From an uncultured Gemmatimonadales bacterium (GTDB lineage: Bacteria > Gemmatimonadota > Gemmatimonadetes > Longimicrobiales > RSA9), in assembly GCA_963816355.1 (NCBI GenBank), contig CAWFKH010000001.1, positions 288,001 through 352,000 on the forward strand: 64,000 nt of DNA, read 5' to 3'. Both the position numbers and the translations under genes were made by a program. Under the pieces are notes generated by a model. It saw only the letters and a list, made by a program, of their open reading frames with translations. It was not told the DNA's origin and did not search any database. Below, one piece after another: positions 41,521-50,760 of this stretch (position 1 is the first letter of the stretch; each line of letters opens with the position of its first letter).

Positions 41521-42462
41521 ATGCTCCGCACGATCCTGGCCGTGGCCGCCGGCCTCGCCGCGGCGACCGTCTGGCCCACCCGCGCCGCGGCCCAGGGCGC
41601 CCCCGAGGGGAGCGTCTGGTTCCCCGCCACGCGACTCTTCGAGCCGCTGCTCGCCGACCCGAACCAGCCCCGCAACACCGCCGCGCTCCTGTGGACGGAC
41701 CTCCTCGAGAGCACGGACGCGTTCGATCCGGGGCGGCCGCGGCCGCCCTTCCGCCTCGCCGGCACCGGAGACGGCAGCGACCTCGAGGGGGCCGTCGGGA
41801 TCGGCTTCGAGAAGGCGGTCGTGCGGCTCGACCGATGGGAGGACGGCGCGCTGGACGTCGGCTTCACGGTCGGCGTCTTCAGCCGCTTCCGGCTCGAGCA
41901 GCCGAGCCGGGACGAGCTGAGCAACGACTGGTACGTCGGCATTCCCTTCACGCTGGCGCAGGGCCCGCTGTCGGCGCGTTTCCGCATCCTGCACCACAGC
42001 TCGCACATGGGAGACGAGGCGCAGGCCCAGGGCGCGCAGCGCATCGAGTACAGCTGGGAGGGCGTCGATGCCGTTCTCGCCCGCTCCCTTGCGCCCCACA
42101 CCCGCGTCTACGGCGGCGGCACGATCGTGCTGCGCACGAATTCGTACGTCCTGGTGCCGAGCGTGGAAGGGGACTACGTACCGGTCGTCTTCACGGAATC
42201 GGCCGCGCTGCAGGCGGGGGGCGAGACCGGCTGGTTCCCCTGGGCGGACGGACGCGCGGGCCTCGTGGCGGGCCTCGACTGGCAGGCGGCCGACCGCTCC
42301 GGCTGGCATCGTCAGCTCTCCCTGGTCGCGGGTGTCGAAGCCGACGGCGCGGCGTTCGGCACGCGGCTCCTCGCGCGCTGTTTCGACGGCCCCTCCAACG
42401 TGGGCGAATTCTTTCTCGGCCGCGAGCGCTACTGCGCGCTGGAGTTCGGTCTCCGCTTCTGA
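41521..42462 (+). CDS. DUF1207-like outer-membrane beta-barrel protein
   Basis: Signal peptide, F.PLLADP.QP, N.DW.VG, RFRI.HHSSHMGDE and terminal F. Confidence 0.75.
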   Translation: MLRTILAVAAGLAAATVWPTRAAAQGAPEGSVWFPATRLFEPLLADPNQPRNTAALLWTDLLESTDAFDPGRPRPPFRLAGTGDGSDLEGAVGIGFEKAVVRLDRWEDGALDVGFTVGVFSRFRLEQPSRDELSNDWYVGIPFTLAQGPLSARFRILHHSSHMGDEAQAQGAQRIEYSWEGVDAVLARSLAPHTRVYGGGTIVLRTNSYVLVPSVEGDYVPVVFTESAALQAGGETGWFPWADGRAGLVAGLDWQAADRSGWHRQLSLVAGVEADGAAFGTRLLARCFDGPSNVGEFFLGRERYCALEFGLRF

Positions 42463-42532
42463 GGCGCGACCAGCGCGCTCCGAGCGCGTCCGGCGCGCTC
42501 CGAGCGCGTCCTCACGACCGCGACCGTGGCGC

Positions 42533-43315
42533 TCACCACTGCAGGCTGACCCCCGCCTTCACCAGCCGATCGTCGGCGGCCACGCCCGGAAGCGGCGTCG
42601 AGTCCCGCTCGAAGGTGTAGGCGAAGGTGACGGCGATCCACTGGCGCAGCACCATGCGCGCCGTCGTCTCGGAGTTGAGCAGGTAGTCCCCGCCCGCGTC
42701 CCACACCGGCTGATAGAACGTCGTGTGCTCGAGCGTGAATCCGGAGGAGAGCTGCTTCGCGCCGCGGACGCGAAGACTCCAGCGGGCATCCCGTTCGACC
42801 GCCGCCACCGGAGGCTGTACGCCGGCGACGGCGCGGTCCTCGTAGCTGTAGAGCGCCGCGAGGCTCACGGATGCCTTGCCGTCCGGCCACCTCGCGAAGG
42901 TGTACTTGGCGCCGGCACCCGCGTCGAGGCGCACGTCGATCCGCCGGAAGGGGTCGCGCTCCGCCGCGCCGAAGAGGAAGGGTGACACCGTCGCCTCCGG
43001 CCTGAAGTCGAACTTCAGGTTTCCCTTCACGTTCCGGGCGACGACCGCAGCGCGGCTCTCGCCGTAGCGGTAGCGCGCCGTCAGCTCGAGCTCGTAGGCG
43101 GACTCAAGCAGGTGTACGACGTTCAGACTGCTCGTCAGGACGGTGATGTTCTCGTTCCCGCTCGCGGAGGTGAGCGCGAGGTCCGCGGCGAACTTCCAGC
43201 GGTCCGGCGAGGCGGTGTCGGGCGCCTGCGCCACGGCGGGAGTGCCGGCGGAGAGCAGGATCGCCGCGAGGAGGAGTGCCGTCGGGCGGCCCACGCCGCG
43301 CGTTTTCGGAATCAT
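42533..43315 (-). CDS. DUF481-like outer-membrane beta-barrel protein
   Basis: Signal peptide, SGN, ERDPFR.ID.R...GAG, alternating beta-strands and terminal W. Confidence 0.78.
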   Translation of the reverse strand: MIPKTRGVGRPTALLLAAILLSAGTPAVAQAPDTASPDRWKFAADLALTSASGNENITVLTSSLNVVHLLESAYELELTARYRYGESRAAVVARNVKGNLKFDFRPEATVSPFLFGAAERDPFRRIDVRLDAGAGAKYTFARWPDGKASVSLAALYSYEDRAVAGVQPPVAAVERDARWSLRVRGAKQLSSGFTLEHTTFYQPVWDAGGDYLLNSETTARMVLRQWIAVTFAYTFERDSTPLPGVAADDRLVKAGVSLQW

Positions 43316-43528
43316 GGCGCAATAGTGACCCGCCGCCGCGCACGGTGCAACCGGAGGCAGCTCGCGGCCGCCGGCGCGGTGGCGGTCCACGGACGGCGTC
43401 CAGCCGTGCCCATCAGAGTGCACCGGCCACGCGCGGAGAAGGGGGCAGGGCATCTCGCCCCACCCCCTTCACCCATCGCGGACCGGCCCGCCCCCTGAGC
43501 ACCCGGGCGGACCCGGCGCGCGCGCCGC

Positions 43529-44029
43529 CTATTCGCGGTCGACGGCGGTCGCGCGGGCGCCGCCCGCGACGACGATGAGTACGTTCGAGGGTTCGCTCAC
43601 GAGCAGGCGCTTGCCGGTCGCGTCCGAGCGCGCCGCCGCCTGCACGAAGTAGCAGTAAAGGCCGGTGCCGGTCAGTCGCTGCGAGAACAGATGCCCTCGC
43701 GACTCGCCGACGCGGCGGAAGAGCGCGGGCTGCACCCTCGCGGCCGTGCAGGTGGACCCGCTTCCCCGATACACCAGGAAGCGTCCCGCTCGCAGCCGCG
43801 CCGGCGCGCCGACGCTCGCCTGCAGGTCGCCCGTCCAGTCGAGATCCAGGCGATCGCCCGCCCGACCCGCGTACAGGATCGGCCGCTGCAGGGCGATGCC
43901 GTGCAGCGCGACGCTCGCTTCGCTCCGGGAGAATGCGCCGGGACCGGCGCTCGCGAATACCGTGGGTTGCTTCGCCGGCGTGCACGCGCCCAGGAAGGCG
44001 GCCGCCAGCAGACAGAAGGTCTGCCGCAT
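43529..44029 (-). CDS. Hypothetical lipoprotein, riboswitch-controlled (possibly FN3-like beta-sandwich)
   Basis: Lipobox FLGAC. The pattern LDW...F.VYRG...Y.Y.VQA...SEPSN is reminiscent of fibronectin type III. Confidence 0.7.
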   Translation of the reverse strand: MRQTFCLLAAAFLGACTPAKQPTVFASAGPGAFSRSEASVALHGIALQRPILYAGRAGDRLDLDWTGDLQASVGAPARLRAGRFLVYRGSGSTCTAARVQPALFRRVGESRGHLFSQRLTGTGLYCYFVQAAARSDATGKRLLVSEPSNVLIVVAGGARATAVDRE

Positions 44030-44080
44030 TGTCGAACCCCTTTCGACGATAGTCGGCCGGGTGCCCTCGCACCTCGGCGA

Positions 44081-44164
44081 CCCTTCTTCGGTAGCCCGGC
44101 TGTCTCCAGGAGACCCGCGGCTTTGCGGACCGACCTCGCGATCGGGGTGCCCTTGTCGGAAGGG
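44081..44164 (-). ncRNA. Cyclic di-GMP-I (GEMM-I) riboswitch
   Basis: Minus strand CCCTTCCGACAAGGGCACCCCGATC-GCGA-GGTCGGTCCGCAAAGCCGCGGGTCTC-CTG-GAGACAGCCGGGCTACCGAAGAAGGG. It shows a CCCTTC/GAAGGG closing stem, P2 with a GNRA tetraloop, the conserved CGCAAAGC junction, and P3 ending ACAGCCGGGCTACCG. Confidence 0.88.
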
Positions 44165-44246
44165 GATTCTCCGGACGGCGCCACGTCGTTCTTCGCGGCT
44201 CGCGCCCCTGGGCAGGCGCTGTTGCTCGTCCGGCACCGCATCGTGA

Positions 44247-44305
44247 GGCAAGCGCGGTGCCGTTTCACGGGCCATACGGAGATCTGACGACAGGACAATG
44301 ACTTA
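44247..44305 (-). promoter_or_regulatory. Putative sigma54 promoter with an upstream IHF-like site driving the riboswitch leader
   Basis: Minus strand CGGCACC-GCGC-TTGCC (44262-44247). CAATGACTTA (44296-44305, plus strand) matches the CAA-N4-TTR core of IHF sites. Confidence 0.5.
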
Positions 44306-44521
44306 CGGCGGTAGCGTCCGCCTTCCGCTCGCGCGCGGGCGCCACGGATCGTTGCAACCGGGCCTCGCACTTCGTGACACTCGGGCCACGAAAGAGCTCC
44401 TGCCGGGGCCGCGGGCGAACGCGACGGCCCCGCTCGCGGGCGTGGCGGGTTGCCGCCCCGCCGGCCGGCCGCCACCTTGGAGCCGCGAGCCACGGCGCTC
44501 ACCTCGAACGAACGTGTTGCC

Positions 44522-45628
44522 ATGCCGACCATGGAGCCGACCACGGAATTCGGCCGCTTCTTCCTCCCCGGACCGACGGAGGTGCGGCGGGAGGTGCTGG
44601 AGGCGATGCTGCGCGCGATGATCGGTCACCGCGTGCCGGAGATGGAGGCGCTGATGGGCGGCATCCAGCCGCGTCTGCGCCGCCTCTTCCGGACGGAGCG
44701 GCCCGTCTACATCGCGGTGTCGTCGGGAACGGGCATGATGGAGGCGGCGGTGCGGAACGGCGCGCGGGAGCGCGTGCTCTCGCTGACGAACGGCGCCTTC
44801 AGCGAGCGTTTCGCGAAGATCGCGGAAGCGAACGGGCTGGCCGTCGACACCGTGGCGGTCGAGTGGGGCGAAGCGCACACGGCGGAGATGGTGAGGGCGG
44901 CGCTCGCGGGCGGGAAGTACGACGCCGTCACGGTGTGCCACTCGGAGACGTCGACGGGCGTGCTGAACCCGATCGACGAGATCGCGGCGGCGGCGCACGA
45001 GGCGGGCGACGTCGTCGTCCTCGTCGACAGCGTGTCGGGTCTGTCGGGCGCGCCCGTGCTCACGGACGAGTGGGGGCTCGACTTCGTGCTGACCGGGTCG
45101 CAGAAGTCGCTCGCCCTGCCGCCGGGGCTCGCGTTCGGCGTGGCGCAGGAGAATGTGCTGCGCCGCGCGGAGTCGAAGCGGGGCCGCGGCATCTACTTCG
45201 ACTTCGTGGAGTACGAGAAGAACATCCGCGAGAACCAGACGCCGAACACGCCGGCCGTCTCGCTCCTCTTCGCGCTGGAGAAGCAGCTCGAGCTGATCGA
45301 GGCGGAGGGCGTCGAGGGCCGCTGGCGGCGCCATGCCGAGATGGCGGAGCGGGTCTGGGCGTGGGTGGATCGTCTGCGCGACGACGGCGTCGACCTGCGC
45401 ATCCTCGCGCCCGCCGGCTCGCGCTCGCCGACCGTCACCTGCGTCGTGCCGCCGCCCGGCTGGACCGGAGCGACGGTCGTCGCCGCGGCGCGCGAGCGCG
45501 GCTTCGCCCTCGCCACCGGCTACGGCAAGCTGCGCGAGCGTACCTTCCGCATCGGCCACATGGGCGACCATTCGGTGGCCGAGGTCGACGCGCTGCTCGA
45601 CGCGTTGACGGAGATCCTGCGCCCCTAG
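44522..45628 (+). CDS. Class V aminotransferase (alanine-glyoxylate / serine-pyruvate-like)
   Basis: FLPGPT, IGHR, SSGTG.ME, HSETSTG, VDSVS, GSQKSLALPPG and FRIGHMG. Confidence 0.92.
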   Translation: MPTMEPTTEFGRFFLPGPTEVRREVLEAMLRAMIGHRVPEMEALMGGIQPRLRRLFRTERPVYIAVSSGTGMMEAAVRNGARERVLSLTNGAFSERFAKIAEANGLAVDTVAVEWGEAHTAEMVRAALAGGKYDAVTVCHSETSTGVLNPIDEIAAAAHEAGDVVVLVDSVSGLSGAPVLTDEWGLDFVLTGSQKSLALPPGLAFGVAQENVLRRAESKRGRGIYFDFVEYEKNIRENQTPNTPAVSLLFALEKQLELIEAEGVEGRWRRHAEMAERVWAWVDRLRDDGVDLRILAPAGSRSPTVTCVVPPPGWTGATVVAAARERGFALATGYGKLRERTFRIGHMGDHSVAEVDALLDALTEILRP

Positions 45629-45803
45629 AGCCGGCGGCGGCAGCGGCGGCGCCGGAAAGCGGATCCGGCCGGCGGCGCCGCGGGCCGCGCGGCCGCGGCG
45701 GGATCGCGTTGACCGCCGGGTCGTCGCGGCGTCAGATTAAACGCGAGCGCCGCCGCACCGGCGGTGCGCGCTTCCCGCACGGCTCCAATTCCCGGAGGTA
45801 TCG

Positions 45804-46892
45804 ATGCGTTCATCCGATCCAGCACGCCCGTCCCGATTCCGTGGCGGTCCGCGCGCGATGGCCGTCGCGCTGCTGCTCTGCGCCAGCGCCGCCCCGCTCG
45901 CCGCGCAGGGGGTCAAGTACACGGAGGTGAGCCGCTTCGAGATGGGCGGAGCGGCGGGGGCGATGGTGAAGTTCGCGGCGAAGCTGGGGGGCGGAAGCCT
46001 CGAGAACACGCAGACGGTCTATCTGACGCCGAAGCGCATGCGGACCGACCTGAAGGACAACTCGACCGTGATGGACCTGGTCAAGCGGCAGATGATCGAC
46101 ATCGACCGCAAGCACAAGCAGTACTCGGTGATCTCGATCGAGGAGATGGCGGCCGCGTTCAAGCGGGCCGGCGAGCAGGCGAAGTCGGAGGGCGCGGCGG
46201 CGACGCCGAATGGCCCCGACCGCGGCGATTCGATCCACGTCCAGTTCCATCTTTCCACCGAGCGCACGGGGAAGCACGAGAAGATCGCCGGTCACGACGC
46301 GGAGCAGGTGCTGCTCACGCTCGCGATGAACATGCAGGGCCGCGACGCGAAGGAGCAGATGGCGGATTCGGGCACCTTCGTCGTCTTCACCGACATGTGG
46401 GTCAGCAAGGAAGCCGAGAACTACGACCTGATGCGGCAGTTCCAGGCCAACATGGCGGACGTGAAGGACTGGCAGGGCGGGATGCAGGCGTTCGGCGACG
46501 CGATGAAGACGGCGTTCGCCGGCGACCCGCGGATCAGCGTCGGCTTCGACCGCGCGGAGAAGGAGGCGAAGAAGGTGGACGGCGTGCCGCTGCGCTCGAC
46601 GATCTACTTCGTCGCGCTGGCGCCGGAAACGAAGTTCGATGCGCAGCTCGCGCTCGGCGGCGGCGAGGCGAAGCCGAAGAAGGGCGGTGGCCTGGGCGGC
46701 TTCGCGAAGAAGGCGCTCGCCGGCAAGCTGGGCGGCGAGCCGAAGGAGGAGAATGCGGAGAAGGAGCAGCCGAAGCAGGTCACGATCCTGAAGATGTCGA
46801 ACGAGATCCGCTCGATCGAGAAGGCGAGCCTCGGCGACGATGTCTTCGCGATCCCGGCGGGCTACAAGGAAGTGAAGCGGGCCGGCGGCTGA
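45804..46892 (+). CDS. Exported hypothetical protein (DUF4412-like)
   Basis: Signal peptide (APLAAQ), TG..EKIAG.DA, D.WVSKE, G.PL and terminal F.IPAGYKEV. The start may be 45858. Confidence 0.7.
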   Translation: MRSSDPARPSRFRGGPRAMAVALLLCASAAPLAAQGVKYTEVSRFEMGGAAGAMVKFAAKLGGGSLENTQTVYLTPKRMRTDLKDNSTVMDLVKRQMIDIDRKHKQYSVISIEEMAAAFKRAGEQAKSEGAAATPNGPDRGDSIHVQFHLSTERTGKHEKIAGHDAEQVLLTLAMNMQGRDAKEQMADSGTFVVFTDMWVSKEAENYDLMRQFQANMADVKDWQGGMQAFGDAMKTAFAGDPRISVGFDRAEKEAKKVDGVPLRSTIYFVALAPETKFDAQLALGGGEAKPKKGGGLGGFAKKALAGKLGGEPKEENAEKEQPKQVTILKMSNEIRSIEKASLGDDVFAIPAGYKEVKRAGG

Positions 46893-46896
46893 CGCG

Positions 46897-47505
46897 CTAC
46901 TCGACGATCGAGAGTTGCGCGCGGGCGGCCGAGGGCACCTCGTGGCAGTGGCGGCAGCGCGCCTCGTAGCTCTCGAGCCCTCCCACCTGGACGGTCGGCC
47001 CTTCCGCCGGGGCCGGCCGTCCCTCGATCAGACGCTGGTTGCGCGTCGCCGGCTGACCGCACCGGACGCAGATGGCGTGCAGCTTGTCCACTTGCTCCGC
47101 GATCGCGAGGAGCGCCGGAACCGGACCGAACGGGCGGCCGCGGAAATCCATGTCCGTCCCGGTCAGGATGACGCGGACGCCGCGGTCCGCGAGGGCGTTG
47201 GCGACGTCGAGAATGCCCTCGTCGAGGAACTGGACCTCGTCGACGCCGACCACTTCCGTATCCTCGCGGACCCGCTCCATCACCTCGGTCGAGCTGCTCA
47301 CCGGCTCCGACTCGTAGCGGCGCCCGTCGTGCGACGTGATCGTCTGCACGCCGCCGTAGCGCTCGTCGAGGTGGGACTTGAAGACCTGGACCCGTTTGCG
47401 GGCGAGGATCGCGCGCCGGATCCGGCGGATCAGCTCCTCGGACTTGCCCGAGAACATCACCCCCGTGATCACCTCGATCCACCCGCTGTCACGCGTATGC
47501 TCCAT
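46897..47505 (-). CDS. tdk: Thymidine kinase
   Basis: [25 protein letters not shown], and the zinc site CVRC...YEARCRHC. Confidence 0.95.
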   Translation of the reverse strand: MEHTRDSGWIEVITGVMFSGKSEELIRRIRRAILARKRVQVFKSHLDERYGGVQTITSHDGRRYESEPVSSSTEVMERVREDTEVVGVDEVQFLDEGILDVANALADRGVRVILTGTDMDFRGRPFGPVPALLAIAEQVDKLHAICVRCGQPATRNQRLIEGRPAPAEGPTVQVGGLESYEARCRHCHEVPSAARAQLSIVE

Positions 47506-47552
47506 ACGGCGCCAGTCTATGGTGCGTCCCGCGCGTCTGTCCAGCGCCCGAT

Positions 47553-47734
47553 GCCCGCAGACCCCCAACCCCCCGCAGACCCCCAACCCCCCGCAGACCC
47601 CCGTACCCCGACCCCCCGCAGACCCCCGACCCCCGACCTCCCCCAGACCCCCGTACCCCCGACCTCCCCCAGACCCCCTCCGCAGACCCCAGACCGCTCT
47701 AGATGTCCTCCCCACTTTCCCCTACCTTCCCCCC
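47553..47734. repeat. C-rich degenerate tandem repeat (G-tract array on the minus strand)
   Basis: Units such as CCCCCCGCAGACCCCCAA, CCCCGACC and CCCCAGACCCCCGTA give more than 15 C-runs between the divergent tdk and methyltransferase genes. Confidence 0.85.
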
Positions 47735-48640
47735 ATGACCCGGCGCGACCGATCCTCACCTCACCCGATCCGCACCGTCTCCGACACCGCCCACTGGGTC
47801 GCGTTCTACCGCGCGATGGAGTCGGAACGGGACGACGCGCTCTTCCACGACCCGTGGGCGCGCCGTCTCGCCGGCCCCGCGGGCGAGCGGGCCGTCCGCA
47901 CCATCCCGCGCGGGCGCGCCACCGCCTGGGCGATGGTCGTGCGCACCGCGGTAATGGACGAGATGATCCTGCGGCTCGTTCACGAGGAGGAGGTCGACGT
48001 CGTCGTCAACCTCGCCGCGGGTCTCGACACGCGTGCCTATCGCCTTCCGCTCCCGGACTCACTGCGATGGGTGGAGATCGACCTTCCGGGCATCCTGGAG
48101 GAGAAGCGAGCCGTCATGGCAGGCGAGGCGCCGTGCTGCGCGCTGCGCTCGATCGCCGCGGACCTGGCCGACGCCGCTGCGCGGGCCACCGCGCTCGACG
48201 ACGCGCTCGCCGGGGCGCGGCGCGCGCTCGTCGTGACGGAAGGGCTGCTGGTGTACCTGGGCGAGGAGCACGTGGGGGCGCTGGCGCGGGACCTGTACGC
48301 GCACCCCGCGTGCGAGTGGTGGCTCACCGACCTCGCGTCGCCGCAGCTGCTGCGGATCATGGGACGCTCCTACAGCCGCGGCCTCGACGAGGCGGTCCGC
48401 TTCCGTTTCGCGCCGGAGTCCGGTAGCGCCTTCTTTCTGCCCTTCGGCTGGCGGGAGGCGGAGTACCGTTCGATCCTCCTGGAGGCGCACCGACTGCACC
48501 GCGAGATGCGGGGCGCGTGGCTCTTCCGCCTGCTCGGGCGCCTGTCGCGGAAGCGGGCGGCCGCGTGGAAGCGCTTCAGCGGCGTGCTGCTGCTGCGTCG
48601 GGAGGGCGCGCCCGCGCCGGCGTCCGAGGCGTCGTCGTGA
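47735..48640 (+). CDS. SAM-dependent methyltransferase (LCM / Rv0731c-like)
   Basis: VSDTA.W.A..RA.ES.R.DALF.DP, RT..MD, NLAAGLDTR.YRL, EIDLP and EGLL.YL. Confidence 0.9.
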   Translation: MTRRDRSSPHPIRTVSDTAHWVAFYRAMESERDDALFHDPWARRLAGPAGERAVRTIPRGRATAWAMVVRTAVMDEMILRLVHEEEVDVVVNLAAGLDTRAYRLPLPDSLRWVEIDLPGILEEKRAVMAGEAPCCALRSIAADLADAAARATALDDALAGARRALVVTEGLLVYLGEEHVGALARDLYAHPACEWWLTDLASPQLLRIMGRSYSRGLDEAVRFRFAPESGSAFFLPFGWREAEYRSILLEAHRLHREMRGAWLFRLLGRLSRKRAAAWKRFSGVLLLRREGAPAPASEASS

Positions 48641-49578
48641 GTACCCGCATCCCCGGGCGGCCGCGCCACTCGCCGCGCCACCACTGGATCGTGCGGGTGA
48701 CGCACTGGGTCAACGTCGTGGCGCTGGCGCTCATGGTGGGCAGCGGGCTGCGCATCTTCAACGCGTATCCCGCGTTCGCGCCGCGTGGCGGGAGCTTCTG
48801 CTGCTATCCGTTCGCGGGCGACGCGATCCCGGGCTGGCTGACGTTCGGCGGCTGGCTCGCCGGCGCGCGCAACTGGCACTTCGCCATGATGTGGGTCCTG
48901 GCGCTGAACGGCTTCGTATATCTCGCCTTCGTCTATCTCCACGGCGAGTGGCGCGACCTGGTGCCGCGGCGCGGCGACGCCCGCGACGTCTGGGAGATGG
49001 TGAAGTTCTACACGTACGCGCGGGAGCAGCATCCGCGGCAGGGTAAGCACAACGCGCTGCAGAAGCTGACGTATTTCAGCTTTCCGCTGGTCGGCGTCGC
49101 GGCAATCGTGACCGGCGTCGCGGTGTGGAAGCCGGTTCAGCTCGCGCCGCTCACGGATCTGCTGGGCGGCTACGTGTGGGCGCGCTATTGGCACTTCTGG
49201 GCGATGCTGCTGCTGGTCGTCCTCACGATCGTACACGTCTTCATGGTCTTCGCCGTGGATCCGTGGTCGCTCCGCTCGATGATCACCGGCGGCTACGACC
49301 CGTCGCGCTCGCCGGAAGCACGCAACGCACGGCCCCTCCACTGGGCGCGGCTGCGCGGCCTGGAACGGGGAGTGAACGGGGATGCCGCCGCCACGAGCGC
49401 CGGCCGCGCGTCGGGCGAGCACGGCGACGCGGGCGAGGCGCGGTCCGTGACGGAAGCTGAGGCGGGCACCGGTGGCGGCGTCTCCGCGCCGCGTGGCGAG
49501 CCGGACCCGGAGGCGGCCGCACGCGTGGACGGACCGGGTCCGGAGCCGGGTCCGGAGCCGGAGTCCGAACGGGAGTGA
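48637..49578 (+). CDS. Di-heme cytochrome b subunit (YdhU / Ni-hydrogenase cytochrome b family)
   Basis: R.THW.N, SGL.IFNA.P, GGWLAGARNWHF, K.NALQK.TY and R.WHF...HV. GTG start overlaps the upstream stop. Confidence 0.88.
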   Translation: MSTRIPGRPRHSPRHHWIVRVTHWVNVVALALMVGSGLRIFNAYPAFAPRGGSFCCYPFAGDAIPGWLTFGGWLAGARNWHFAMMWVLALNGFVYLAFVYLHGEWRDLVPRRGDARDVWEMVKFYTYAREQHPRQGKHNALQKLTYFSFPLVGVAAIVTGVAVWKPVQLAPLTDLLGGYVWARYWHFWAMLLLVVLTIVHVFMVFAVDPWSLRSMITGGYDPSRSPEARNARPLHWARLRGLERGVNGDAAATSAGRASGEHGDAGEARSVTEAEAGTGGGVSAPRGEPDPEAAARVDGPGPEPGPEPESERE

Positions 49579-49580
49579 GA

Positions 49581-50273
49581 ATGAATCGACGCGACTTCTT
49601 CACCGCCGGACTCGCCTCGCTGCTCGCGGCGTGCGACTCGCGCGGTCCGCGCGAAGCTAAGCCGCTGCTGCGGTGGGCGATGCGACGGAACGAGACGCTG
49701 GAGCGCGCGCTCTTCCGCCACACCTCCATGGACGTCGCGGCGCGGCGGCGGCTCGCCGGCTCGGCGCTGCCGCGCTACTTCATCTCGCACAGCGTGCCGG
49801 TGTGGGACGAGTCGGTGCGCGGGCCATGGTCGCTGGAGGTGTCGGGACTCGTCCGGCGGCCGCTGCGGCTGTCGCTGAAGGACCTGATGGGGCTGCCGCG
49901 CGTGACGCACCGCGTGAACCACTACTGCGTCGAAGGGTGGACGGCGACGACGGAGTGGACCGGTGTGCGGGTGAGCCGCCTCGCGGAGATCGCTGGCGTG
50001 GCGCCGGCCGCGCGCTACGTCGACTTTCAGTCGTTCGACGACCACTACCACGAGAGTTGGGATCGCGAGAGCGCGTTCCATCCGCAGACGCTGGTCGCGT
50101 TCGCGTGGGAAGGGCGCCTGCTCGGGCCGGCGCACGGCGCCCCGGCGCGCATCCACTCCCCGATCAAGCTCGGCTACAAGAGCGTCAAGTACCTCACCAG
50201 GATCGTCTTCCTGCCCGAGCGCAACGGCGGCTATTGGAGCGACCAGGGTTACGAGTGGTACGCGGGCGTGTAG
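49581..50273 (+). CDS. Sulfite-oxidase-family molybdopterin oxidoreductase, Tat-exported lipoprotein
   Basis: Tat motif NRRDFF, lipobox LLAAC, Mo-ligand HYCVEGW, HPQTL, HGAP.R, KLGYK..K and GGYWSDQGY.WY.G. Confidence 0.9.
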   Translation: MNRRDFFTAGLASLLAACDSRGPREAKPLLRWAMRRNETLERALFRHTSMDVAARRRLAGSALPRYFISHSVPVWDESVRGPWSLEVSGLVRRPLRLSLKDLMGLPRVTHRVNHYCVEGWTATTEWTGVRVSRLAEIAGVAPAARYVDFQSFDDHYHESWDRESAFHPQTLVAFAWEGRLLGPAHGAPARIHSPIKLGYKSVKYLTRIVFLPERNGGYWSDQGYEWYAGV

Positions 50274-50424
50274 AGCGGTGGTCGCGGTGCGCCGCGTCAC
50301 CGGGTGAGTGAACCGAGCGAGCACGTTCGGGATTGGCGACGTTGGGAAGGGCGGAGCGCGCAGCGGAACGGCTCTCGCAGCGTCGCGAACGCCCACACTG
50401 CGTCACTTCAAGGGAGATTCGGGA

Positions 50425-50727
50425 ATGGTGAACGTCGGACTGCTGGTGCGTCTCGAGGCGAAATCGGGCAAGGAAGCGGACGTGGAGGCGTTCCTGAACG
50501 GCGGCCTGCCGCTCGTGCAGGACGAGCCGGATACGATCGCGTGGTTCGCGATCCGGCTCGGGCCCTCGACGTTCGGCATCTTCGACGCGTTCCCTGGCGA
50601 GTCGGGGCGTGATGCGCACCTCTCCGGGCGCGTCGCGGCGGCACTGATGCAACGTGCGGACGAGCTCTTCTCGCAGCCGCCATCGATCGAGAAGGTGGAC
50701 GTCCTCGCGAGCAAGCTGCCCGGCTAG
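50425..50727 (+). CDS. Antibiotic biosynthesis monooxygenase (ABM) domain protein
   Basis: LLVRLEAK.GKE..V..FL...LPLV..EP.T..WFA...FGIFD.F..E.GR.AHL.G. Confidence 0.88.
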   Translation: MVNVGLLVRLEAKSGKEADVEAFLNGGLPLVQDEPDTIAWFAIRLGPSTFGIFDAFPGESGRDAHLSGRVAAALMQRADELFSQPPSIEKVDVLASKLPG

Positions 50728-50760
50728 GCTCGCCCAGCCGTCACCGCCGGCGGTGAGCGC

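Noticed and set aside
47378..47734. Pro-rich N-terminal extension of the methyltransferase and Gly-rich extension of tdk
   Set aside because: Both result from reading through the C-rich intergenic repeat; family-like sequence begins at 47735 and 47505 respectively.
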